64,000 nucleotides of DNA from Bacteroidales bacterium UBA1217 (GTDB taxonomy: Bacteria > Bacteroidota > Bacteroidia > Bacteroidales > P3): the NCBI GenBank assembly GCA_002309335.1, contig DBXH01000007.1, positions 4,974-68,973 on the forward strand, given 5' to 3'. Each line of letters opens with the position of its first letter. Position 1 is the stretch's first letter. The notes under the pieces are model-generated. The model had not been told where the DNA came from. It did not search any database and worked only from the letters and a program-made list of their open reading frames with translations. Of the stretch, positions 8,065-17,272 are shown piece after piece. The translations under genes were made by a program, and so were the position numbers.

Positions 8065-8778
8065 ATGAAATTTAAACCCTTGCATAGTATACTTTTTGTT
8101 GCATTGGCGTTTTTGCTAATGCCGTCGATCTCGGGGCAGACAATCTCGTCGACCGATACGACAAAAGTGCATACTATGCGAGGTACATTCTATAGCGACA
8201 AATTCATTGGTCGCAAGACCAGCAGCGGAGAGGTGTTTACTCAAGATAAATTCACGGCTGCACACAAGTCGTTCAAGTTTGGAACTTTGCTGCTGGTCAC
8301 AAATCCCAAAAACGGCAAGCAGGTTATTGTCCGCATCAACGACCGCTGCCCAAAGTCCAATATTCTTGACTTGACCCGCAGGGCTGCACAACAGATTGAA
8401 GTTAAGTCTCATACAGTGCAGGTGGAGGTCTTGCCTCCGCGGTTTTATGCAATATGGGAAATACAGGAAACCATACTTGACATTCTCGAAAAAGGTCTTT
8501 TCCGCGAGCTTATTGCATCTGGTAAATCTCAAGTGTCACAGAACAAAGGCGAATTATACAATCTCGAACTATTTCGCTGCAAAAGCCGCGACGAAGCTAA
8601 AAAACGGGTTGAGCGCTTGCCAATCTATTATCAGGACAAGGTCGAATATAAGCAACATATACAGTCGGGCAACGTAATAGCTGTTCTTGAAATGTCGGTG
8701 AATCGAGCCCGCGCCGAACTTGTAAAAAAAGAACTCGGAGCCCTTTTCCCGAATGTTAAAATTGTCGAGGCTAATTAA
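8065..8778 (+). CDS. RlpA-like double-psi beta-barrel protein with a SPOR-like C-terminal domain
   Basis: Signal peptide, then GTFYSDKFIGRKTSSGEVFTQDKFTAAHKSFKFGTLLLVTNPKNGKQVIVRINDRCP (DPBB_1). The C-terminus (LELFRCKSRDEAKKRVERL...) is SPOR-like. Confidence 0.75.
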   Translation: MKFKPLHSILFVALAFLLMPSISGQTISSTDTTKVHTMRGTFYSDKFIGRKTSSGEVFTQDKFTAAHKSFKFGTLLLVTNPKNGKQVIVRINDRCPKSNILDLTRRAAQQIEVKSHTVQVEVLPPRFYAIWEIQETILDILEKGLFRELIASGKSQVSQNKGELYNLELFRCKSRDEAKKRVERLPIYYQDKVEYKQHIQSGNVIAVLEMSVNRARAELVKKELGALFPNVKIVEAN

Positions 8779-8814
8779 ACCTCAAATGTTAAATTTTCAT
8801 ACGGTTTTAACTTA

Positions 8815-8829
8815 AATTGTTTAACAATT
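8815..8829. promoter_or_regulatory. Palindrome AATTGTT-T-AACAATT (possible operator)
   Basis: 7-bp arms around one central base, read directly. It sits immediately upstream of a TACTTTTG box (8833-8840). Confidence 0.35.
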
Positions 8830-8841
8830 CCATACTTTTGG

Positions 8842-8871
8842 TTCTAGGTCAATTCTGGGTTGATTCTAGGT
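8842..8871 (+). repeat. Three direct repeats TTCTAGGT / TTCTGGGT / TTCTAGGT with exact 11-bp phasing
   Basis: Repeat starts at 8842, 8853 and 8864. The same 8-mer family recurs in a phased array at 32958-32999, upstream of the response-regulator operon. Confidence 0.8.
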
Positions 8872-9048
8872 TGCCGAAATGTTAAAAAACACCCCCTGTT
8901 TTAACAAAATAATCTTACATTTTTTACTGTTTATGCCATCTGATCGGAGAAAAATAATAAATAAAACTTTTCTTTCTGATAATCAGGTGTATAAGTAAAA
9001 AGGTTGTAAATTTTTTTTAAAAAAGTACAATATATAGAGAATTCTTGT

Positions 9049-9056
9049 TATCTTTG
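9049..9056 (+). promoter_or_regulatory. -7 promoter box TATCTTTG upstream of the T9SS operon
   Basis: Matches TAnnTTTG about 100 nt upstream of the porP ATG. No clean -33 TTTG at the canonical spacing. Confidence 0.4.
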
Positions 9057-9157
9057 CAAGTCAAAATACTCTTTGTATTGGCATAGCCAAACAAAGCTTA
9101 TTTGGCTGTATATACTTAGAAATAAATGTGTTATAATATATTAACTAATTAAACAAG

Positions 9158-10174
9158 ATGAAAATCGGAATCAAAAAAAACATATCAATTTTGCTTTTGA
9201 TATTGGGATTTTCATTTGTTGGCTATTCCCAGCAGGAGACTCAGTTCTCTCAATATATGTTCAACCGTTTGGCTGTTAATCCAGGTTACGCAGGTAGCTC
9301 GGGTTCTATGTGCGGTTCGATAATGTATAGGGGGCAATGGTTAGGCCTGCGCTTGGATGCTCCAACACCTGGCGGCGACCCCGGTTCGTTGCCGGTAGAC
9401 TATCTCTTTTCGTTTGACTCGCCTGTCAAAATCCTTCACGGCGGTTTAGGTTTTACCATTTATGCCGACAAAATCGGTTACAACTCCACAGTGAGCGGTT
9501 CTTTTGACTATGCCTTCAGAATCTATTGGGGCCCCGGCAACCTCTCGGCTGGTATCGAAGGTAACTTCTACAGCATCACCCGTAAAGGCGGTTTGTTCGG
9601 CTCAAGCGATCAGGATGGCAATCCAAACAATATTCCGACATCTACTTCCGACCCATTGCTCAACAATCAGGAAGTCAGCGATTTTTTGATTGACGCCTCT
9701 CTTGGTGTATACTATCAAGTGCCAGGTTCATACTACCTTGGTTTCTCAATAAAGAATTTCCTTGGCACTCACAGCGATGTGCTCAATTTCTCGACAAGCA
9801 GAGTTATCTATATCCTTGGTGGTTACGAATATGTAATTCCTGCCAACCCCTCGTTCCGACTAAAACCGTCGGTGCTCTTGCGGACAGCCGATTTCTCGGT
9901 CTTCCAGTTCGACGCCTCTTGTCTGCTGGAATACCAGAGCCTCTTCTGGGGCGGTGTCAGTTACCGATTCCAGGACGCTGTCTCTTTCCTGGCCGGTGTA
10001 AACTGGAACAAAATGAAAATCGGTGTGGCTTACGACCTTACAACCAGCAAACTGGGTGTCTATAAAACCGGATTCAGCTTTGGTTCTCTCGAAGCATACT
10101 TACGCTACTGCTTCAAGATTATCGTTCCTCCAAAGCTGCCTTCGGTATACCAGAATACCCGTTACCTGCTTTAA
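9158..10174 (+). CDS. porP: PorP/SprF family type IX secretion membrane protein
   Basis: Signal peptide followed by QQETQFSQYMFNRLAVNPGYAGS, the hallmark N-terminus of PorP/SprF. First gene of the porP-K-L-M-N arrangement. Confidence 0.85.
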   Translation: MKIGIKKNISILLLILGFSFVGYSQQETQFSQYMFNRLAVNPGYAGSSGSMCGSIMYRGQWLGLRLDAPTPGGDPGSLPVDYLFSFDSPVKILHGGLGFTIYADKIGYNSTVSGSFDYAFRIYWGPGNLSAGIEGNFYSITRKGGLFGSSDQDGNPNNIPTSTSDPLLNNQEVSDFLIDASLGVYYQVPGSYYLGFSIKNFLGTHSDVLNFSTSRVIYILGGYEYVIPANPSFRLKPSVLLRTADFSVFQFDASCLLEYQSLFWGGVSYRFQDAVSFLAGVNWNKMKIGVAYDLTTSKLGVYKTGFSFGSLEAYLRYCFKIIVPPKLPSVYQNTRYLL

Positions 10175-10283
10175 TTTTTCTAAAATTGAAACTTTTTGAA
10201 GACTATTCCGTAAAAGAACAAAAACACAATATTAGGCTTTTATAAAAAATACTAAATAAGAAATTAAAAAATTACATATTAAT

Positions 10284-11645
10284 ATGAAAAAGTTGTTTTT
10301 CTTACTCTCGGGAGTAATTCTATTGTGGAGCTGCAGCTCGTCCGACAAAGGCGAACTGGTAGGTGTGCAGAATCGTCCTATCTTTGAGGACATCGACCTC
10401 AAAGGGATGGTTTTCATAAACCAAGGCAACTTCAGTATGGGTGCAGGTACCCAGAATGTAACCTATGGTACCCCCCCGCAGCCACGCACGATGCAGGTCG
10501 GTTCTTATTTTATGGATGAGACCGAAATCACAAACAACGAATACCGTCAGTTTGTCAATTGGGTTATCGATTCCATCGCCCGCCGTTTGCTCGGCGAGGC
10601 TGGCATCGACGGTTTCCTTATTGAAGAGGATGAATATGGCGAGCCCCTTGAGCCGGCCATCCTGAACAAGAAGGAAAAAATCAAATGGACCGAGCAGGAA
10701 ACCCGCGAGGCTCTGGAAGATCTTTATCTGCCTGAGAAAGACCGCTTCTATCGTCGCCGCACCATCGATCCCGCCAAGTTGAACTATGAGTACTACTGGA
10801 TCGATTATGCAGAGGCTTCAAAGAAGGAAAGTGCCACCGCCGTTAAGGACGAGTACAAAGGCACTATGTTCGCTCCACGCCCGAAGGGTTTGAACAACCG
10901 CTCTTCTCTCATAAAACGCGAAGTCGTCAATATCTATCCCGACACTCTCTGCTGGGTACACGACTACACATATAGTATGAACGAGGATTTCACACGCCAG
11001 TATTTCACCTCCCCGGCTTACGACAATTATCCAGTTGTCGGTATCAGCTGGGTGCAGGCAAAGGCTTTCTGCGTTTGGCGTTCCAACTATCTGAATCAAT
11101 ATCTTGAGTCGATCGACTATACTCAGATGAACGACTTCCGTCTGCCCACCGAGGCTGAATGGGAATTCGCTGCCCGTGGTGGCATCGCCGGCGAAAGCTA
11201 TCCTTGGGGCGGTCCTTATGTCCGCAACCCGAATGGCTGCTTCCTCGCCAACTACGAGCCTCTCAAAGGCGCATACGATGACGATGGCGGCGTCAAGACT
11301 TTGATGGTCGGTCACTATGCTCCGAACGACTATGGCCTGTATGATATGTCGGGCAATGTTTCGGAATGGTGCCTCGACGCATACAACAACAGCACCTACG
11401 TTGTCGCCAATGCATTGTCTCCCTACTACAACTACAATGCCAAGGACAATGATGCTCCCGCTATGAAGCAGAAAGTAATCCGCGGCGGTTCGTGGAAAGA
11501 CCAGAAATATTTCATTCAGGTCCAGACCCGTTCGTATGAATATCAGGATACAGCTAAATCGTATATCGGTTTCCGTTGCGTGCAGCCTTATCTTGGCCGT
11601 GTCAAGGGCGACAACCTGAAGTCGGCTTCAAATGTTGCAAAATAA
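10284..11645 (+). CDS. gldK: T9SS lipoprotein GldK/PorK (formylglycine-generating-enzyme-like fold)
   Basis: Lipobox LLWSCSS. Contains GISWVQAKAFCVWRS, RLPTEAEWEFAARGG, RGGSWKD and GFRCV (SUMF1-like). Operon position fits. Confidence 0.9.
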   Translation: MKKLFFLLSGVILLWSCSSSDKGELVGVQNRPIFEDIDLKGMVFINQGNFSMGAGTQNVTYGTPPQPRTMQVGSYFMDETEITNNEYRQFVNWVIDSIARRLLGEAGIDGFLIEEDEYGEPLEPAILNKKEKIKWTEQETREALEDLYLPEKDRFYRRRTIDPAKLNYEYYWIDYAEASKKESATAVKDEYKGTMFAPRPKGLNNRSSLIKREVVNIYPDTLCWVHDYTYSMNEDFTRQYFTSPAYDNYPVVGISWVQAKAFCVWRSNYLNQYLESIDYTQMNDFRLPTEAEWEFAARGGIAGESYPWGGPYVRNPNGCFLANYEPLKGAYDDDGGVKTLMVGHYAPNDYGLYDMSGNVSEWCLDAYNNSTYVVANALSPYYNYNAKDNDAPAMKQKVIRGGSWKDQKYFIQVQTRSYEYQDTAKSYIGFRCVQPYLGRVKGDNLKSASNVAK

Positions 11646-11717
11646 TCATAATTGCAATATTTATTAAATGAATAAATACATTAATAAAATAAGTAAACAT
11701 AATTAAATTTCTAAGCT

Positions 11718-12617
11718 ATGAGTAAAATAGACAACCTTGTTAGGAGTAAAGGTTACAAAAACTTTATGAGCAAACTGTATGGATGGGGCGCTTCGGCAGT
11801 TATTATCGGTGCTCTGTTCAAAATCAACCACTGGCCCGGCGCTGTTCCTATGCTGATTCTCGGTATGGGTACTGAGTCGCTCATCTTCTTCCTCTCGGCT
11901 TTTGAACCACTTCACATTGAATGGGACTGGAGTCTTGTCTATCCCGAACTGGCTGGTATGAAAGGTGACGATGTGGTCGAACCTGACAGCTTGAAGTCGG
12001 AAAGCGGTTCCGTTACTGAAGAACTTGATAAAATGCTCGCTGAAGCTAAGATTGGCCCCGAACTGGTCGAACGTCTCGGTCAAGGTATGGAGAATCTTGC
12101 TAATTCAGCCAACTCGCTCAACAATATGACTACTGCTGTTGCAGCTACCGACAAGTTTGTCTCTAATATGGATGTTGCAGCCGAGGCTGTCAACGACCTG
12201 TCTGAAGCTTACAAACGTACCACAGAATCTATCAATCACGACTTTGAATTGTCTTCGTCTTATTCGGAGAGCCTCAAAGATGCTACAGCTGCTGTCAGTA
12301 GCTTGTCATCTATTTACCAAGAAACAGCTCAGACCCTCCGTACAGGTGACACTTCTTATGTCGACGAACTCAAAAAGATGGCATCAAGCCTTTCTTCTAT
12401 CAACGCTATGTACGAACTCCAGATGCAGAACTCCTCTATGCAACTTGAAGCAACCAAGGAGGTCCAGGAGCGTATGCAGAGTATGGTTGCCAACTTCGCA
12501 GAGTCTGCTGAAGGCGTGTTGAAGTACAAAGAACAGGTGGATGCACTCACGAGAAAAGTTGCCGAACTCAACAACGTTTACGGCAATATGCTCGCTGCTA
12601 TGCAGACACGCATCTAA
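11718..12617 (+). CDS. gldL: T9SS motor component GldL/PorL
   Basis: N-terminus KLYGWGASAVIIGALFKINHWPGA...GMGTESLIFFLSAFEP (two TM helices with a conserved Glu), then a coiled C-terminal half. Confidence 0.9.
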   Translation: MSKIDNLVRSKGYKNFMSKLYGWGASAVIIGALFKINHWPGAVPMLILGMGTESLIFFLSAFEPLHIEWDWSLVYPELAGMKGDDVVEPDSLKSESGSVTEELDKMLAEAKIGPELVERLGQGMENLANSANSLNNMTTAVAATDKFVSNMDVAAEAVNDLSEAYKRTTESINHDFELSSSYSESLKDATAAVSSLSSIYQETAQTLRTGDTSYVDELKKMASSLSSINAMYELQMQNSSMQLEATKEVQERMQSMVANFAESAEGVLKYKEQVDALTRKVAELNNVYGNMLAAMQTRI

Positions 12618-12693
12618 AATGCAGAGGGACCAAAAACCTATCTGTTAAATTTTGGTAGTTCAACAAATGGTAGAATTAATAAAAAGATAGAAT

Positions 12694-14361
12694 ATGGGTG
12701 CTACAAATTGCCCGGAGACCCCGAGGCAAAAGATGATTGCAATGATGTACCTCGTGTACACCGCCCTGCTGGCTCTTAACGTATCCGTCGAGATCTTGAA
12801 CGGATTCGTTACCGTGGGCGATGCTATGAACGAGTCTAATAAAAATATTGAAATACAAATTGCTGAGGCTTACAGTCTCTTTGACCAGGCTTTGGCTGCC
12901 GACTCAGTAAAAGCAGTTAAGTATTACGATGCTGCTATGACTATCAAAGATTATACGGATTCTCTTAAGAATCTTATTGATGAGGGTCGTTTTGGCTTCC
13001 TCTGCTATATGCAGAAAACCGCTGAGGTTGTAAAGCATAACGCTGACAAGACTACTATTAAACGTAAAATTCCCCTGCAGGATGGCAGCGGCAATTTCCT
13101 TTTGGATAGTGCCAGAGTGGCTCTCGATTTAGGTGGTCTTTATATTGTCGACAAGAAGGACAATACCGATATGGGTACACACTTCTTCTATGACGAAGGC
13201 AAAGGAAAGGCTATCAATATCAAGAATGCCATTATTGCCTATAAGGAGAAGGTTATGAAGATTTTCCAGGATACCAATATCACCCATGACACAATCGATG
13301 TCAACTTCGGTATGGATGTTGAAAGTGAATTCTGGAGCTCTCACGCCGGCCGTATGGTCAGTTGGGAGGAATACAACTTTGACGGTGCCATCGCTATTGC
13401 CGATATCGTCTGCTTGTCACGTATGAAATCTGAGTTGATGAATGCCGAATATGACGCAATCAAGAAACTGTTCGGTATGATTGGCAAGGATGACTTCAAA
13501 TTCGACCAGGTCGCTGCTATTTGCCGTCCGACATCAAGCTATGTTATCCAGGGAGGCAAGTATGAAATGAAGGTTAACGTTGGTGCTTACGACTCTAAAC
13601 GTGAGTTCCGTGCCATCATCAACGGCGCTGAATACAAGAGCGGTCCTGACGGCTCTATCACCTATACCGCTGGTGCTGCCGCTCCTGGTGAACGCAAGGT
13701 CCACGGTGTGGTGTATATGGTGAAGGATGGCGAGGAAAAGGAATATCCGTTCGACGAGAGCTATTTCGTCGCTGCTCCTGTGGCTGTGACTGAACTTGTT
13801 AAGATGAACGTCGTCTATGCCGGTATCGACAACCCTGTTTCGATAGGTGTCCCGGGCGTGGCTTCTAAGGATGTTATTCCTTCAATCACTACTGGTAATG
13901 CCACTATCGTAAAGGATGCCGGTGAAGGTAATTATATCATCAAACCTACTAAGATTGGTAAGATGACTTTGAATGTCAGCGCTAAGATTGAGGGTCAGAC
14001 CAAGAATATGGGCTCGAAAGAAATTCGTATCAAACGTATCCCGAAACCATCGCTGCGTATCGGTAGCTTCAAGAGCGGTGACCAAGTGTCTAAGGCTGAG
14101 ATTACTGCCAACCCAGTACTCCGTGCTTCGATGGAGGACTTCGACTTCCAGATTCCTGCTTTGAAAATCAATACCTTTACATTTAACGTTCAGGGTTCTG
14201 GCGCGCTCGACCTCAATGGTACTGGCAACCGTCTGACACCTGAAATGATTAGCCGAATCAACAATGCCAAACGTGGTCAAAAAGTATACATTACCGATGT
14301 GACCGTGAAGACCCCCGACGGTGCTACACACTCATTGGATTGTACATTACGCTTGAAATAA
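12694..14361 (+). CDS. gldM: T9SS motor/periplasmic component GldM/PorM
   Basis: N-terminus PRQKMIAMMYLVYTALLALNVS.EILNGF is typical of GldM. 555 aa, operon position fits. Confidence 0.9.
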   Translation: MGATNCPETPRQKMIAMMYLVYTALLALNVSVEILNGFVTVGDAMNESNKNIEIQIAEAYSLFDQALAADSVKAVKYYDAAMTIKDYTDSLKNLIDEGRFGFLCYMQKTAEVVKHNADKTTIKRKIPLQDGSGNFLLDSARVALDLGGLYIVDKKDNTDMGTHFFYDEGKGKAINIKNAIIAYKEKVMKIFQDTNITHDTIDVNFGMDVESEFWSSHAGRMVSWEEYNFDGAIAIADIVCLSRMKSELMNAEYDAIKKLFGMIGKDDFKFDQVAAICRPTSSYVIQGGKYEMKVNVGAYDSKREFRAIINGAEYKSGPDGSITYTAGAAAPGERKVHGVVYMVKDGEEKEYPFDESYFVAAPVAVTELVKMNVVYAGIDNPVSIGVPGVASKDVIPSITTGNATIVKDAGEGNYIIKPTKIGKMTLNVSAKIEGQTKNMGSKEIRIKRIPKPSLRIGSFKSGDQVSKAEITANPVLRASMEDFDFQIPALKINTFTFNVQGSGALDLNGTGNRLTPEMISRINNAKRGQKVYITDVTVKTPDGATHSLDCTLRLK

Positions 14362-14378
14362 CATAAAAATTACATACA

Positions 14379-15263
14379 ATGAAGAAATTATTGTTTAGCT
14401 TAGGACTTATCTTCTTTATGGCAGGCGCTTTCACAGCCAATGCCCAGAGTATCATTGATGCTGAAGAAGACCATAATTTCAACGACTTCTACAAGAGAGA
14501 CCAAGTCAAAGGACGTGAGGCTATGCCGTACGCTTTCCTTCGCGAGTCTGATGTGGTTTGGGAGCACGCTGTGTGGAGAACTATCGATTTCCGTGAGAAA
14601 TTCAACCAGTTCTTCTATTTCCCGATCGACCCGACTAAGAACACTCAAGGTCGCGTCAGCTTGACCACAGCTATTATGGACGCATTGAGAAATGGTGATA
14701 TTGAGGTTTTCAAAGAAGATGACCTGACAACTCCTTTCACTTATGAGGAGATGATGAGCCAGCTCACCCGCAGTTACAACTTCCACATTGCAGAATATGA
14801 CGAGTGGGGTGATGAAACTGAAGGTCGTGATACTATGATTACCGAGGAATTTAAGCCCGAAGAGGTTTATTCTGCCCGTATCAAGGAATATTGGTACATC
14901 GACAAACAGGATACTCGTCAGAAAGTCCGCATCACAGGTCTGACTCTTGTCTACAACTATTGCAAGGATCGTGATGGTGAGCGTGTTTGCGACAATGTGG
15001 AGATGTTCTGGGTTCCTATGAATGATATGCGTGTCCGCAATGCTCTTGTCAAAGTTCTTGCATACGACGAGCATAACTCGCACGCTGAGCGCTCTTACGA
15101 TGATATCTTCATTGACCGTTATTTCGACAGTTTCTGCTATCGCGAGACCAATGTTATGAATCGTCCGATATCTGCTTATCTTACTGGCACCGATGCCATC
15201 CTTGAGTCGCAGGCTATAGAGGCCGAAATTTTCGACATTGAATCCGATATGTGGGAATACTAA
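14379..15263 (+). CDS. gldN: T9SS periplasmic ring protein GldN/PorN
   Basis: Signal peptide, FLRESDVVWEHAVWRTIDFREKFNQFFYFP, C-terminus ending DMWEY. Confidence 0.85.
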   Translation: MKKLLFSLGLIFFMAGAFTANAQSIIDAEEDHNFNDFYKRDQVKGREAMPYAFLRESDVVWEHAVWRTIDFREKFNQFFYFPIDPTKNTQGRVSLTTAIMDALRNGDIEVFKEDDLTTPFTYEEMMSQLTRSYNFHIAEYDEWGDETEGRDTMITEEFKPEEVYSARIKEYWYIDKQDTRQKVRITGLTLVYNYCKDRDGERVCDNVEMFWVPMNDMRVRNALVKVLAYDEHNSHAERSYDDIFIDRYFDSFCYRETNVMNRPISAYLTGTDAILESQAIEAEIFDIESDMWEY

Positions 15264-15344
15264 TCGTTAATTAGATAATTCAAACATTGAGAGTCAAGGG
15301 TCTATGCGACTCTTGGCTCTCGTTGTTTTTCCAATCTCTCTTTG

Positions 15345-16202
15345 ATGAAATTCCGTACCTGTCTCATTCTTATGATGTCTATTGCATCAACTCTCGCAGC
15401 TCAGACTATAGAGAGCGAAGACAGGCATTTCTATACTCGTCACACGGCACAGGAGCGTGAAGCGTATGTGTTCCCGTTTTTGCGTGAAAGCGATGTGGTA
15501 TGGGAACAATTTGTTTGGCGGACAATTGATTTTAGGGAAAAGTTTAACCATTTCTTCTATTATCCGGTTGAACGCAAAGGCGTTGAAGGTCGCAAAAACT
15601 TCGCTTATGTGATATGGGATGCTGTTGTTTCTGGCGATATTCCTATCTATGAGGACGATGAAATGAAAATTCCTCTCGATAATTCTATGTTCGTCGAACA
15701 GTTTACCAAAGCTGATACCATAATTCTCGAGATTGTGGATGACGACGAGAATTATGAATACAAGACAGTGCTTGTTCCAAAGGAGTTTAATTCTGAAGAG
15801 ATGCTTCAGATTAGACTGAAAGAATCTTGGTATATAGATAAGCAGATTACAGAACAGAATGTTCGTGTGCTTGGTTTATGCCTTACAAAGGAATTGTTTA
15901 AGGAGCACGATGGCGACCTTGATTATATCGGCACAGCTGAAATGTTTTGGGTCCCTGTGCAGTCGCCTCAGGTACGCCGTTTAATGGCGCGAAATGAAGC
16001 CACGTGGCAACAGAATATTGCAGACCAGCCTTCGTGGGAGTATGTTTTCATTAACCGGATGTTCAATAGCTACATAACGCGCATATCTAATCGTTTCAAT
16101 CGGAGCATACTGGATTATCTAACCGGAACTGAAGCAATATGGGAGTCGGAACGTATTGAGTCCGAACTACTTGATATTAGTCAGGATATGTGGGAATACT
16201 AA
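15345..16202 (+). CDS. Second GldN/PorN paralogue (GldO-like tandem copy)
   Basis: FLRESDVVWEQFVWRTIDFREKFNHFFYYP and a C-terminus also ending DMWEY. Clearly paralogous to 14379-15263. The track start 15342 is a TTG; the ATG is at 15345. Confidence 0.85.
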   Translation: MKFRTCLILMMSIASTLAAQTIESEDRHFYTRHTAQEREAYVFPFLRESDVVWEQFVWRTIDFREKFNHFFYYPVERKGVEGRKNFAYVIWDAVVSGDIPIYEDDEMKIPLDNSMFVEQFTKADTIILEIVDDDENYEYKTVLVPKEFNSEEMLQIRLKESWYIDKQITEQNVRVLGLCLTKELFKEHDGDLDYIGTAEMFWVPVQSPQVRRLMARNEATWQQNIADQPSWEYVFINRMFNSYITRISNRFNRSILDYLTGTEAIWESERIESELLDISQDMWEY

Positions 16203-17272
16203 TCTCCGCTTTTTAGAGATACAGCGTACTTACGCCATTTTTCGACCACTGATGACATATCTTCTGGCAATGGTGACTCGAAATGCATTTGTTGGTGTGT
16301 GGTAGGGTGCTCAAAACCGAGTATGAGTGCGTGCAACGCCTGACGGGGTAATAGTTGAAAGCAGTTGGTGATAAATTGTTTGTATTTTGAAAATGTAGTC
16401 CCTTTCAAGATCTGGTCACCTCCATACATCGCATCGTTGAACAGTGGATGTCCTATGTGTTTCAGATGCGCTCTGATTTGATGCGTACGACCAGTCTCAA
16501 GCACGCATTCAATAAGTGTCACATATCCAAATCGCTCAATTACTTTCCAATGTGTTACGGCGTGTTTGCCCACAGCGGGATTGTCATAAACAGCCATTAC
16601 TCTGCGGTCTTTCTGCGAACGAGCCAGGTTGCCGTCTATCGTTCCTTCGTCGCTGTCAAAGTCTCCCCAAACTAGTGCATTGTATTTTCTTTCAATGGTA
16701 TGTTCAAAGAACTGTTTGGCAAGGTGTATTTGCGCATCTTCATTTTTTGCTATTAGCAGTAGCCCGGAGGTGTCTTTATCAATGCGGTGCACAAGGAATG
16801 GTGTAATAGGATTGCCGTCTTTACCCTTTTTGCCGTCATAATAATATGCTAAAGCGTTGAGCAGTGTACCGGTAAAGTTACCATATCCCGGGTGTACTAC
16901 CAGTCCTGCCTGCTTGTCAACAATAAGCACGTCGTCATCCTCATATACAATTGTAAAAGGTATATTTTCAGGCACTATTTCTGTCTCGCGTGGAGGAGTG
17001 GGGAGGAGGACGGTTATTGTGTCTAATGGCTTGATTTTATAGTTCGACTTGGTCGGTTTGCCGTTAACCAAAATACACGACGCTTTGGCTGCGGCCTGCA
17101 CTTTTGTGCGCGACACACCTTCAATACGCATCTGTAGATATTTGTCAATACGCATTGTTTCCTGACCTTTGTCAACTACAAATCTATAGTTCTCAAAAAG
17201 TTCCTGCTCTTCGTTTTCCGCTGTGCTTTGAATATTATCGTCGTCGTTGTATTCTGTCATTGTCAATTGCAT
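16199..17272 (-). CDS. rluD: RluA-family 23S rRNA pseudouridine synthase (RluD-like, with S4 domain)
   Basis: RIDKYL (S4), HRIDKDTSGLLLIAK (catalytic Asp motif) and GRTHQIRAHL. An alternative ATG at 17260 would remove the overlap with the upstream gene. Confidence 0.85.
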   Translation of the reverse strand: MQLTMTEYNDDDNIQSTAENEEQELFENYRFVVDKGQETMRIDKYLQMRIEGVSRTKVQAAAKASCILVNGKPTKSNYKIKPLDTITVLLPTPPRETEIVPENIPFTIVYEDDDVLIVDKQAGLVVHPGYGNFTGTLLNALAYYYDGKKGKDGNPITPFLVHRIDKDTSGLLLIAKNEDAQIHLAKQFFEHTIERKYNALVWGDFDSDEGTIDGNLARSQKDRRVMAVYDNPAVGKHAVTHWKVIERFGYVTLIECVLETGRTHQIRAHLKHIGHPLFNDAMYGGDQILKGTTFSKYKQFITNCFQLLPRQALHALILGFEHPTTHQQMHFESPLPEDMSSVVEKWRKYAVSLKSGD

